Source: a virus (Duplodnaviria > Caudoviricetes). From it: a stretch of 64,000 nucleotides of DNA. The DNA is taken from the IMG/VR virus record IMGVR_UViG_3300021399_000119, positions 51,544 through 115,543 of that record; one strand, given 5' to 3'. Made by a program: the position numbers and the translations under genes. The notes beneath the pieces are model-generated. The model ran no database searches. It worked only from the letters and a program-made list of their open reading frames with translations, and was not told the DNA's origin. This document shows positions 9,495 through 18,490 of the stretch, piece by piece (position 1 is the stretch's first letter; every line of letters starts with the position of its first letter).

Positions 9495-9949
9495 CCTCCT
9501 GGCTTTTTCTTGCCATAGTCAGTAGTAAGCAAATATTGTTGTGGCTTATTTAATGCAGACACTGGTCCATATAATATCCAGCATTTAGATTTGTCAACAC
9601 TGATTTGAAATCTTGGACATGCCCATAATACCTCAATTGTACCATTTTCTTGTATGATTGCAATAGGTTCTGTTAAAGCTTTATATAAAGTATACAAACC
9701 TATACCTATTACTTGTTCAATATCTTCTAGCTTGCCTAATTTGTTCACAGCTTTAAATATATTATGAATAGGCATTTGATCATGATTATCAGTGTCATAT
9801 TGACCACTGCCTGGTTCTAACTCGTAAGTTACTCGCTCTAACTTATAGACATCTTCTGGTGAACCAGTTTTATTATCGACCATTAGAGTCATTGTATCAG
9901 TTTTATTATCAACCATTAGAGTCATCATCGTTCTCCCTGAAGTCATCAC
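9461..9949 (-). CDS. WALT-motif family phage protein
   Basis: KLGKLED and C-terminal GGWALTREELEE; start uncertain because of a 33-bp duplication. Confidence 0.7.
   Translation of the reverse strand: MMTSGRTMMTLMVDNKTDTMTLMVDNKTGSPEDVYKLERVTYELEPGSGQYDTDNHDQMPIHNIFKAVNKLGKLEDIEQVIGIGLYTLYKALTEPIAIIQENGTIEVLWACPRFQISVDKSKCWILYGPVSALNKPQQYLLTTDYGKKKPGGWALTREELEE
9865..9924. repeat. 33-bp-period tandem duplication
   Basis: cagttttattatc(g/a)accattagagtcat twice, encoding MTLMVDNKT x2. Confidence 0.85.
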
Positions 9950-10538
9950 CTAATAATATTCTAAAATAATTTTCTAAAAAAGAATCTAGCGTATTAATAA
10001 ATTTTTCGTTTTTACTCAATTCAACTAAAAAATCATAGCACTCTTTACAATATTTAAGTTGATCATCAATTGTTCTAGGACAACGAAAGTCTAATTCTTC
10101 ATATTGGTTTCTAATTGAATTCCATTCTTTACCGAATCTTTTAAAACATCTTACAATATCTTCTAAATCAAAAGACCCTAAAGAATATGAATAATTTGTA
10201 TATCCTAGCATTGGCGAAACAATTTTTGTGAACCAATCACTAAACCATTCGCCAATGCCACTATAACTTCCAAAAATGTTTTTATATAATAAGTTATAAA
10301 TCTTATCATTACATATGTAAAAATTTCCATATTCAAAGCCAAATCCTACGAATTTACCTAAGTCAATTGCAGTATTATGTTCTAAAACCTCATCTAATTT
10401 AATTTTATTATTAAGTCTAAATCGTGTCTGCTTTAAATCTCCAAAAATAATACCTTCGCAACTATCTTCAATTTGCTCTCCGATATTTAACATTTCATCT
10501 ATTTTTTCTATTGCTTTTTTATATTTTTCAATTTCCAT
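9909..10538 (-). CDS. hypothetical protein
   Basis: 209-aa ORF. Confidence 0.75.
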   Translation of the reverse strand: MEIEKYKKAIEKIDEMLNIGEQIEDSCEGIIFGDLKQTRFRLNNKIKLDEVLEHNTAIDLGKFVGFGFEYGNFYICNDKIYNLLYKNIFGSYSGIGEWFSDWFTKIVSPMLGYTNYSYSLGSFDLEDIVRCFKRFGKEWNSIRNQYEELDFRCPRTIDDQLKYCKECYDFLVELSKNEKFINTLDSFLENYFRILLGDDFRENDDDSNG

Positions 10539-10708
10539 TATTCTTCTACCTCAACTTCATAATCAAATTCATCTAAATCAAATGCACAAACAGGATGTTC
10601 TTTATAATTAGCAGACAACATTAAGCAAGGGCAATTATTACAACTTCCTCTGCTCTTACAATAGTTTTCTATTTCTTCTGCTGTCATATCTCTAATATTC
10701 TTTTTCAT
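10538..10708 (-). CDS. Cys-rich microprotein (not in ORF track)
   Basis: MKKNIRDMTAEEIENYCKSRGSCNNCPCL...CAFD; paralog of the two adjacent ORFs. Confidence 0.7.
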   Translation of the reverse strand: MKKNIRDMTAEEIENYCKSRGSCNNCPCLMLSANYKEHPVCAFDLDEFDYEVEVEE

Positions 10709-10883
10709 TTTCTTCTACCTCGATTTCTGCATTAAGAACTTTTATAACATTATAATCTATCAAACAAACAGAATCAAAATCTTCATGTAATAGTAATGGA
10801 CAATTGCTACAATTTGGCGTATTATTGCCACAAATCTTTTCAATTTGTTCGTAAGTCAAATCTTTAATTTTCTTTTTTGCCAT
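10692..10883 (-). CDS. Cys-rich microprotein
   Basis: MAKKKIKDLTYEQIEKICG....CSNCPL...C. Confidence 0.75.
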   Translation of the reverse strand: MAKKKIKDLTYEQIEKICGNNTPNCSNCPLLLHEDFDSVCLIDYNVIKVLNAEIEVEENEKEY

Positions 10884-10885
10884 AT

Positions 10886-11053
10886 TTATTCCACCAGATT
10901 TATTTTTTCTTCAAGAATGTCTTCATTTTTTATAATAATATCTTTAAAGCAAGTATTATAACGAAGATTTAAAGGACAATTTTCACACTCACATTCGCCG
11001 CAAATGGCAATTGCTTCTTCCTTAGTTAAATCCTTAATTTTCTTTTTTGCCAT
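10886..11053 (-). CDS. Cys-rich microprotein (not in ORF track)
   Basis: MAKKKIKDLTKEEAIAICGECECENCPLNLRYNTCF; GAGGAG RBS. Confidence 0.75.
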   Translation of the reverse strand: MAKKKIKDLTKEEAIAICGECECENCPLNLRYNTCFKDIIIKNEDILEEKINLVE

Positions 11054-11068
11054 TTTTTAACTCCTCTT

Positions 11069-11353
11069 TTATTTTGACATTCTATAAAGTTTATCATGAA
11101 GAATTTTATTTAATCTATCATTCTCTTCGTAGTCTTTATTTGTTGGAAATGGAAGTGAATTTTTCTCATAAACTTCAATATAATTTTCAGCGTTTTTATC
11201 ATTTACAGTATGTATTGGCGTTAAACCTATAGAAAAACTAAATCTATTATTTACTAAAAATTTAATTATTCTTTTAGGAACTTTATTATATCTTTTTGCT
11301 TCATATTTTCCATTACTGTCAATAATTTGTTTAACTTTAACTGTGTATTTCAT
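11069..11353 (-). CDS. hypothetical protein
   Basis: 94-aa ORF. Confidence 0.65.
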   Translation of the reverse strand: MKYTVKVKQIIDSNGKYEAKRYNKVPKRIIKFLVNNRFSFSIGLTPIHTVNDKNAENYIEVYEKNSLPFPTNKDYEENDRLNKILHDKLYRMSK

Positions 11354-11356
11354 TTT

Positions 11357-11662
11357 TTAATTTCCTCTTTCATTTTTCTTAGTGTTTTTCAAGCCTATTG
11401 TTTCTTTTGCTAAATTGTCTAAATTGTGATTTGAAATAACATGGGCTTCAAATGTATCGTCATCCCAAAAATGTCTATCATATAATTCATCAGTATTTCT
11501 ATTTTCTTCACTGTGATTTAATACAAATAAATCTTCACAAACAGTTGTCATCACACCGAAATAGACTTTGTTATTATATTTTCCTTTGACATACAATCTA
11601 CCATATTCATCTTCTTTTGCTTTTCTTAGCAATTTTAAAAAATCATTTTTTTTCATTTTCAA
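11357..11662 (-). CDS. hypothetical protein
   Basis: 101-aa ORF. Confidence 0.65.
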   Translation of the reverse strand: MKMKKNDFLKLLRKAKEDEYGRLYVKGKYNNKVYFGVMTTVCEDLFVLNHSEENRNTDELYDRHFWDDDTFEAHVISNHNLDNLAKETIGLKNTKKNERGN

Positions 11663-11882
11663 ATCCCTCGCTACCTGATGTTGTTATATTGTCTTTTTTG
11701 GGAAAAGCATTAACTAATTGTTCGATAATACTAAAAAAGAAGTCACATTTTATATCTTCTAGTTCTTGTATTGTTTTTCCTTCTGTAGATGGTATTGTTA
11801 ATTCAATTTCAATTGGGAAATTAATCTTTTTTCCCTTATAATTGAGTATGTTGATAATTTCCACTTTTTTTTGTTCTTCCAT
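11643..11882 (-). CDS. hypothetical protein
   Basis: 79-aa ORF with GGAGG RBS. Confidence 0.65.
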   Translation of the reverse strand: MEEQKKVEIINILNYKGKKINFPIEIELTIPSTEGKTIQELEDIKCDFFFSIIEQLVNAFPKKDNITTSGSEGFENEKK

Positions 11883-12074
11883 TTTTTAACCTCCGTTTAT
11901 ACTTCTGTAAATCTCCTATTTTTTATATTCTTTAATTGTCCTTATATCTCTCTTATCTTTCATCTTTAAAAATTTTTATTATATTTATAATGCCGAAGAA
12001 CACTACAAATATAGCGAAAAGTGCAAGCAACGATAAAATTACTATTAAAAATACTGCAAAAAATGATTCTAACA

Positions 12075-12446
12075 TTATTCTAATTCCTCCCTTGTAAGTG
12101 CCCAAGTAATACCATAGTCTTTAAAATAAAGATTTTTATCCGCCATATAAGTACCTCCCCAAAAATATGCTGCATGGATACATAAATTTTTAAAATCAAT
12201 ATATTTTTCTACGATTTCTCCATTATTATACTTTGTTGTTCCCATATGAACCTCATAAATATTACCATCGTCACCTTTAGCATAAAATGTACCAAGATTT
12301 ACAATAGTATTTAAATCAATTCCAAGTTCTTCTTCATTGTCTTCTAACTTTCTTAATTTTTTTTCTATATTGATATAATAATTTTGCTTCCATTTTGCAA
12401 TATTTTTTGGAGGCAAAAAAGAAAATCTTTTATCTGTTATTCTCAT
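12075..12446 (-). CDS. WALT-motif family phage protein
   Basis: KLRKLEDNEEELGIDL and DYGITWALTREELE. Confidence 0.75.
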   Translation of the reverse strand: MRITDKRFSFLPPKNIAKWKQNYYINIEKKLRKLEDNEEELGIDLNTIVNLGTFYAKGDDGNIYEVHMGTTKYNNGEIVEKYIDFKNLCIHAAYFWGGTYMADKNLYFKDYGITWALTREELE

Positions 12447-12943
12447 AATAACTCCCAATCTATTTCACCGTTAGGTAAAATTTCTTTCATTTTAGCCACA
12501 TATTTTAAACCCCATTCAGTCCAAATAGCAGCATAGAATATATCAAACTTTTCTACTGCCGCTTTATGAGTTAGTTCTTCAAAATCATCATAGAAAACAT
12601 TTTTTTCCTTATCATACTGGTATTCTTCATGAGCGTCTTTTTTCTCATTTTCGAAATAGTTTATCCAGACACCTCTAAACTCATCGCTCAATTCTTCAAT
12701 TGTGTCAGCTTGAGCAATAAATGGACTACTTACCGTAGCACCAAATTGGCATCTTCTTCCTACTTGGTCTTTTTGAGAATTTTCTTCTGTTCCGATAGCA
12801 GTCCAATAGATAGAACAACTATCTTCTTCGTTTTTTATTTCTTCAAACTTATAATCAGTATAATAAGGATTTTCCTTTTCTTCTTCTATAAACTTTTGCA
12901 AGTCAATTATTCTTCCGTCTTTTGTTCTAAGGTATTTATTCAT
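12443..12943 (-). CDS. hypothetical protein (paralog of 1628-2035)
   Basis: KYLRTKDGRII / ELSD / YAAIW. Confidence 0.75.
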   Translation of the reverse strand: MNKYLRTKDGRIIDLQKFIEEEKENPYYTDYKFEEIKNEEDSCSIYWTAIGTEENSQKDQVGRRCQFGATVSSPFIAQADTIEELSDEFRGVWINYFENEKKDAHEEYQYDKEKNVFYDDFEELTHKAAVEKFDIFYAAIWTEWGLKYVAKMKEILPNGEIDWELL

Positions 12944-13265
12944 TTTCTAATACCTCTTTTAATAAATTAAACTCTTCTTGAGTTAAGACTTCTCCACTTA
13001 TGTTCTTAAAAATATGCTTATGCCAATTACCCCATTGTTTAATATATTCTTCATAAGATAAAGATAAACAACATTCCATAAAAGCACCAACATTAACTTT
13101 TTTCTCTTTAATAATCTCCAATGCTTTTAGTTCTTTTTTAATATCATCACAATATCTATAAAAACATTGTTTAGATTTCTTTTGGTCTTCATTTAGTGGC
13201 TCTTTATCACTATAATGTTCCATTATTAAATATTTAATATCTGCTATTTTTTCTTTATTTGTCAT
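12936..13265 (-). CDS. hypothetical protein
   Basis: 109-aa ORF; KELKALEIIKEK..LTQEEFNLLKEVL. Confidence 0.7.
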   Translation of the reverse strand: MTNKEKIADIKYLIMEHYSDKEPLNEDQKKSKQCFYRYCDDIKKELKALEIIKEKKVNVGAFMECCLSLSYEEYIKQWGNWHKHIFKNISGEVLTQEEFNLLKEVLENE

Positions 13266-13920
13266 TTTCTATCATTCCTTTCAATATATTTTTCTTAACA
13301 ATAATAGTACATTCTCCATTTAAAATTTTGCATAGCAATTCAGGATGGACAGGAATTAAAATGTTTGTTTTATAGTAATCTTCAACAGAAGTTGAGTGAT
13401 CATATTCACAAATATACATCATATTTTGTGGCGCTTTTTTTAATGGTTCTAATATGCGGTAAACAGCAAAATATTCACTAATAATAACAGGAACATTCAA
13501 CCATTCTTTTGGCCTATAACCTAATTCATCTATTTTAGTATAATATTCTTTTGAAGATAATCGTTTATAATAATCCTTTAACTCTTTTGGATTATCAAAC
13601 ACATTAAGATTTTTAATACGAATTGCGTAGCTATTTTCACCTTTTAAATAATCATCTAATTCATCAGCAGTTAAACAACTTTGCTTACACAAATCATCTT
13701 CTTGCAATGTTTTAGTTTCATAATATGTTTTTGAATAAATAGAGTCATTATAATCATCATATTCTTCTAAATATATTTCTTCTACCTCGTAGTCACATTC
13801 ACAAGGTATTGTACCATTTATTCCTTCACAGTCAAATACATAGTCTGGATAATCAGTAATATCATTTCCACGTTTATTTATATAAGGTTTATTTTTACAA
13901 CAATATAATAATGCTTTCAT
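13255..13920 (-). CDS. ASCH/PUA-like protein, apparently circularly permuted
   Basis: ASCH-like segments (LYCCK, GTIPCE, CLT..EL..Y, IKNLNVFDNPKEL, APQNMMY); the usual N-terminal strand-helix (ILIPVHPELLCKILNGECTIIVKK) is at the C-terminus. Confidence 0.6.
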   Translation of the reverse strand: MKALLYCCKNKPYINKRGNDITDYPDYVFDCEGINGTIPCECDYEVEEIYLEEYDDYNDSIYSKTYYETKTLQEDDLCKQSCLTADELDDYLKGENSYAIRIKNLNVFDNPKELKDYYKRLSSKEYYTKIDELGYRPKEWLNVPVIISEYFAVYRILEPLKKAPQNMMYICEYDHSTSVEDYYKTNILIPVHPELLCKILNGECTIIVKKNILKGMIENDK

Positions 13921-13976
13921 TCTTTAATTGCCTACTTTCTATATTCTCAATAAAACAGCAGTTTTATTCTGATAAC

Positions 13977-14005
13977 ATTATATCATATTAAATTTTTCTT
14001 GTCAA
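13977..14005 (-). promoter_or_regulatory. sigma70-type promoter
   Basis: TTGACA-17-TATAAT with TGn. Confidence 0.85.
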
Positions 14006-14052
14006 GTATTTATTTAAAAAAGTTTTTTAACAACCAAAAACGGTTGAAAAAT

Positions 14053-14080
14053 AAAAAAAACAACCATTTTTGGTTGTTTT
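14053..14080 (-). terminator. rho-independent terminator
   Basis: AAAAACAACCA/TGGTTGTTTTT hairpin flanked by A/T tracts. Confidence 0.6.
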
Positions 14081-14436
14081 TATTTTTTATTTTCATTTAT
14101 AATATATCTTTTAGCCTTCTTGATACATTTGTTTAATTCGATGCGTTTGAAAATGCTAAAAATAGATCCTTTCGCCTTTTTCAATCTATCATCAACTGCT
14201 TCAACAAAAGGCTTGCATGCTATTGGGCTCCACTTAACAAAAGCCACAACATAGTAGATATTCTCATCTCCTCTCTGTTCGATCTTTTGCTCAATTGCTA
14301 TGATTTCTTTTAGAGGGCGGTAGTCCACTTTAATAGAAGTGCGCCCAGCTGTTGTGGTAATTTTATTTATATGAGCAACTGAAGACACCCTAAAATTTTT
14401 GGTTTGATAAATTGTTACAAAATTATTCTTTTTCAT
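14080..14436 (-). CDS. basic hypothetical protein
   Basis: 118-aa ORF. Confidence 0.7.
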   Translation of the reverse strand: MKKNNFVTIYQTKNFRVSSVAHINKITTTAGRTSIKVDYRPLKEIIAIEQKIEQRGDENIYYVVAFVKWSPIACKPFVEAVDDRLKKAKGSIFSIFKRIELNKCIKKAKRYIINENKK

Positions 14437-14629
14437 TTTCTTTTCCCTCCTGTACCAATCTATTGTAAGCCTGTGTAGGAAAATGTTTTATATCGCTTAG
14501 TCCTTTTAGAACATCTTCAATATCAACTAAGGTTTGTTTTAGTTCACAATATTCACACAAACCAAATTCTTTACATTCTTGACAATAACTTTCGTTAAGT
14601 GCTTTTCTTATTTTTTCTATTTTAGTCAT
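14423..14629 (-). CDS. small Cys-rich protein
   Basis: CQEC....CEYC. Confidence 0.65.
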   Translation of the reverse strand: MTKIEKIRKALNESYCQECKEFGLCEYCELKQTLVDIEDVLKGLSDIKHFPTQAYNRLVQEGKENEKE

Positions 14630-15020
14630 GATTGTTTTCCCTTTCTTTTAAAAGACATTGATCAATATCAATTATATATACGCTTCTATCTTGGATATTA
14701 AAACGATAAAAATAACTATTGCCATATTCAACTTTTTTATTGAAACTTTTTGCTGATTCAATAGTAGCATAAGTTGGTTTAGTTGTAAGACGATATTCTA
14801 AATCTTCTTTTTCTTCTAATAAGTTTTTATATTTCTTTGCTGGATCTTGACCGATAGCTAAAGCTGCAACTACTCCGATAGCAATTAATATAACACAAAA
14901 AAAGAATTCAAAATCAAAAAGAGAAGGCCTTTTAACTACTGCTTTTAATTGTTTATTAAAATAACTTACAAGTATAGAAATTATTACTATTGTTAAAAAT
15001 CCTAATATAAAAGCAATCAT
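14622..15020 (-). CDS. membrane protein
   Basis: Two hydrophobic helices. Confidence 0.7.
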   Translation of the reverse strand: MIAFILGFLTIVIISILVSYFNKQLKAVVKRPSLFDFEFFFCVILIAIGVVAALAIGQDPAKKYKNLLEEKEDLEYRLTTKPTYATIESAKSFNKKVEYGNSYFYRFNIQDRSVYIIDIDQCLLKERENNHD

Positions 15021-15023
15021 TGT

Positions 15024-15200
15024 TTATTCCTTTCTCTTATCATAAACTTCTTCAAATATACCTAATATTTCTGCTATTAAAAATAGCGCACTTAAACAAA
15101 AAATAGCAACAACTACATTAAAAAATACGACAAAAGCTGATATTATACAACCAATTATCCTAATCGCAGATTTTATAGTTGAAATTTTAAAATGATTCAT
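15024..15200 (-). CDS. small membrane protein (not in ORF track)
   Basis: MNHFKISTIKSAIRIIG...AEILGIFEEV; fills the gap between genes. Confidence 0.65.
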   Translation of the reverse strand: MNHFKISTIKSAIRIIGCIISAFVVFFNVVVAIFCLSALFLIAEILGIFEEVYDKRKE

Positions 15201-15699
15201 TGTTTGCCTCTTTATCTTTTTTTCGGAAGTTCATAATATTATGGTCCCAAATTAAGCCATAATTGTTTTCCATATCATCTTCAAATCTTATGATTTCTTT
15301 CATAATCCTTTTTCTTAATTCCTCTTTGCCTTCTTTCCCCGCTTTAGCGTGTAAGTCAAGCATATTAAGATATTGTTTTTTTTTAACATCAATAACTGGT
15401 TTATTAAATTTTTCTTGAAGAGTGGTAAATAAATTATTAAACTCTTCATCTTCGCAAGGATTAGATATATATGCTGTTTTAGAAACAATAAATTCAATAG
15501 TTGTTGTATTGTCAAATTCTCGAGTTATGGTAGGTACGCTTTGAATATTGTTTAAAATTGCTTCTAATAAAAGTAAATCTTTTTTAATACTTTTGTATTC
15601 TTTTGTATCACTAATTTTTTCGTCACAAATAGCATCGTCTTCATCTAAAAAACTTATTTCAAATCTACCTAATTCTTTAAGATCATCTAAACTTTTCAT
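15187..15699 (-). CDS. hypothetical protein
   Basis: 170-aa ORF. Confidence 0.7.
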   Translation of the reverse strand: MKSLDDLKELGRFEISFLDEDDAICDEKISDTKEYKSIKKDLLLLEAILNNIQSVPTITREFDNTTTIEFIVSKTAYISNPCEDEEFNNLFTTLQEKFNKPVIDVKKKQYLNMLDLHAKAGKEGKEELRKRIMKEIIRFEDDMENNYGLIWDHNIMNFRKKDKEANNESF

Positions 15700-15868
15700 T
15701 TTTTCTACTCCTCAATTCTTTCGTAAAATCTTTTTTATTAGTAAAGCATTTAAAATTATACTGTTCATAATGCTTAATTGCTAGATCTAATGCTTCTTTT
15801 GTATTAATAGTCAATTTATCAGTATCATTATTATCCTTACTAATTACATATAGTTTATATTTTTTCAT
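15683..15868 (-). CDS. hypothetical protein
   Basis: 61-aa coupled ORF. Confidence 0.55.
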   Translation of the reverse strand: MKKYKLYVISKDNNDTDKLTINTKEALDLAIKHYEQYNFKCFTNKKDFTKELRSRKNEKFR

Positions 15869-16575
15869 TTCTCTAACTCTTCTAATGCTTTTTGAGCTTC
15901 TTCTTCAGTTAGATAGATATCTTTTCTATCAAATGACTTAGAGTCTTCTTTAAAAGGATTTCCCCTAACTAAGTTTAACCAAATTTTCCATTCAGAAGTA
16001 TAGTCATATTTCTTTAATAATTCTTGACTTCTAACATTCCAATATAATCTTACAGATATATCACTAACTGTTCCAGAAGTGATTTGATAACTATATTTAA
16101 AATTATTACCAGCTCCTTTACATTCAGGACATTCTGCTTTGTAAGTTAAACCATCAATAACTTTTTCAAAAGTTTTACTTCCATTGCAACGAGGACAAGT
16201 AGAATATTCAGTATTGCGATAAATCACATAAACCTTTTGCCCAGGTTTTAAATCTAAACCAAACTTAGTTAGCATCTGAGAAATAATCTCATTGTTCTTC
16301 TCACTTATTTTACTCTCTCTTTGAGCAAGTTCATTCTCTTGTTCTCGAAGTTTTTGCTCTTTATAATATAATCTTTGCCTCAATTCTTTGAGTTCTTCAT
16401 CACGAGTTTTCACACTCTCTATATAGTCCTTAAAACTACTAAGAAAATGTTTCTTTGCTTCTTCAGTGTATTCTTCTAAAATTTCATCTAGTACACTTTT
16501 TTCAACTGGATAATCATAATCATAATCGTACATATTTATTTTACCTCTTTCATCAAAATATATTAATCCCACCAT
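15865..16575 (-). CDS. coiled-coil plus DnaJ-type CxxCxGxG zinc-finger protein
   Basis: CPRCNGSK...CPECKGAG. Confidence 0.75.
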   Translation of the reverse strand: MVGLIYFDERGKINMYDYDYDYPVEKSVLDEILEEYTEEAKKHFLSSFKDYIESVKTRDEELKELRQRLYYKEQKLREQENELAQRESKISEKNNEIISQMLTKFGLDLKPGQKVYVIYRNTEYSTCPRCNGSKTFEKVIDGLTYKAECPECKGAGNNFKYSYQITSGTVSDISVRLYWNVRSQELLKKYDYTSEWKIWLNLVRGNPFKEDSKSFDRKDIYLTEEEAQKALEELEK

Positions 16576-17261
16576 TCACGAATATGTTTGGAAACATACA
16601 AGAAGAATTTATCTAAAGCTTTTTGTTCGTTTTTCGTAGCTTGTTTATATAATTCTTTTGCTTTTTTTTGGTTTTCTTCACTGTCCCACTCAGCTCCAAA
16701 TGCCTTAATTAAATTTTTATCATAAAGCACTTCTATTGGAATACCTGCTTTTACAGCATATTGTTCAGCTTTCTTTTTTTCCTCATCAAATACGCCACAG
16801 TTTAAATCATAAAAAATTAAATTATCTTTTTCAGTTGAAAGTATATATTTATATTCTTTTTCTTTAAACGCACTAATTTTTTCAGAAAAATAAATATAGT
16901 GGCAAGTATGTTCTTTTGTAAAAGTTTGTTCTTCTTCAAAGAAGTTAGTATCTTCAAATACTTTATAAAGTCTAATTGCTTCTTCCATTTCAGCAATTTG
17001 CTTGTTTTTTTCTTCTTCAATCGTATTTCCAAAATATTTAATATATAATTTAGTAAGCTCTATTTTATATATTAGGGTCTCAATAATAAACCCCCAATCC
17101 CAATTATAATCATATTTTATAAAAGGTAGCCAATCTCTTTTGGCATTTTTGTTCACTACTTGATCCCATTTTTCAGGCATGTGATTTTTTTGGAGTTCTT
17201 TTAGTTCTTTTCTATATTCTCTGTTTCTTTTTCTTCTTTCTTTGTTTCTGGTGAAAAACAT
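16563..17261 (-). CDS. hypothetical phage protein
   Basis: DYNWDWGF...C-terminal EWWD. Confidence 0.75.
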   Translation of the reverse strand: MFFTRNKERRKRNREYRKELKELQKNHMPEKWDQVVNKNAKRDWLPFIKYDYNWDWGFIIETLIYKIELTKLYIKYFGNTIEEEKNKQIAEMEEAIRLYKVFEDTNFFEEEQTFTKEHTCHYIYFSEKISAFKEKEYKYILSTEKDNLIFYDLNCGVFDEEKKKAEQYAVKAGIPIEVLYDKNLIKAFGAEWDSEENQKKAKELYKQATKNEQKALDKFFLYVSKHIREWWD

Positions 17262-17908
17262 ATCTCCCCCTTGTCAACTCTTGTAGCCCACATTTGAATA
17301 TCTGCAGCTATTTTTTGAAAATTAAAACCATAAGTAATTGTATTCCAAGCTGATTCGCCTTCTTGATAAATAACTTGGTATCCTGCTAATAATGTTAAAT
17401 AATTATCTGTATTAGCATTAGGAAAAACAGGAATGTATACATGAACTAATTGTTTCTTGTAAACAAATTCAACAGCATATGCTTCTTGATAACCATACAT
17501 ACTGATACTATTATAAATAAAATCTTCATTATTTAAGAAAAATTCTTTTTTAATTGTATCTACAATTGTATCTCGAGCATTAACTTGTTGTCTTTCTTTT
17601 TCTGTTAATTTTTCTTTTGTTTTATAAGATTTTTGGCATGAGTATGCTTCAAAACATAACTTTGTTAAATCTGCCCAACAAAATAAATTATTCTTTGATT
17701 TAGTTAAATCTTGTTGAATAATATTTATAATATCTTCGGTAATTAAAGTTTTTTCATAAGATAGATTATCTATCTCTGCTTGTTTCATTCTAGTTTTTTC
17801 TACACGAAAATTAATTTCGCTAAGTACAAATTGTTTTTGTGCCTCTTCTTGCTTATCAACAGGCACTCCGAAATTCATTTGAGATAATTTACTGTAGTCT
17901 AAAGACAT
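17201..17908 (-). CDS. hypothetical protein
   Basis: 235-aa ORF with GGAGG RBS after a promoter. Confidence 0.75.
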   Translation of the reverse strand: MSLDYSKLSQMNFGVPVDKQEEAQKQFVLSEINFRVEKTRMKQAEIDNLSYEKTLITEDIINIIQQDLTKSKNNLFCWADLTKLCFEAYSCQKSYKTKEKLTEKERQQVNARDTIVDTIKKEFFLNNEDFIYNSISMYGYQEAYAVEFVYKKQLVHVYIPVFPNANTDNYLTLLAGYQVIYQEGESAWNTITYGFNFQKIAADIQMWATRVDKGEICFSPETKKEEKETENIEKN

Positions 17909-17941
17909 GTTCGTTCCTCCTATATAGACTTATCTGATATT

Positions 17942-17970
17942 ATTATAACATAAAAAAAAGAGCTTGTCAA
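17942..17970 (-). promoter_or_regulatory. sigma70-type promoter overlapping a terminator hairpin
   Basis: TTGACA-17-TATAAT; the -35 box lies in one arm of the inverted repeat 17957-18013. Confidence 0.85.
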
Positions 17971-18013
17971 TAGAAAAATTAAAAAATATTTTTTTTCTAT
18001 TAACAAGCTCTTT
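17957..18013 (-). terminator. terminator-like inverted repeat
   Basis: aaaagagcttgt.aatagaaaaa / tttttctatt.acaagctctttt. Confidence 0.6.
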
Positions 18014-18029
18014 TGTTAAAATTCTTATT

Positions 18030-18488
18030 TTATAGTGGTTTACCACTGCTTAATTTAGATGATTTAAGTTCTTTAGATTCAATTGCACTACTAGTAGAAT
18101 TAACACTAGAAGGGAAAGATGCATAACGACAAGTTGGTGTATACGGATAAAATAAACACCATTGACAAGGAATGTCTCCAGCAGTAGTCTTATCTCCATG
18201 CAAATAATGATAATTTGGACAAGTTTCATCACAACCAAGTCTAGGCTCTGGAACTGGCCATCCACTTGTTCCATCTTTTGTTAGCGTTGGAATATAATCT
18301 TTTAAATTATTATCTAAATAATGTTTACATTTAACCTCTACATAAATAGGTTTTTCTTCAAGATTGGCCTTTTCCATGATCTTTTCTACTTTTTGAGCCA
18401 TATCTTTAATTTGTTTTTTGGCAGATTCAAAAAGTTCTTTATATTTACACACTCCATCGTGTTTACATACGTTACATAGTTGTTCCAT
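18030..18488 (-). CDS. Cys-rich hypothetical protein
   Basis: CNVCKHDGVCK...C; CDETC...CQWC...C. Confidence 0.7.
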   Translation of the reverse strand: MEQLCNVCKHDGVCKYKELFESAKKQIKDMAQKVEKIMEKANLEEKPIYVEVKCKHYLDNNLKDYIPTLTKDGTSGWPVPEPRLGCDETCPNYHYLHGDKTTAGDIPCQWCLFYPYTPTCRYASFPSSVNSTSSAIESKELKSSKLSSGKPL

Positions 18489-18490
18489 AA

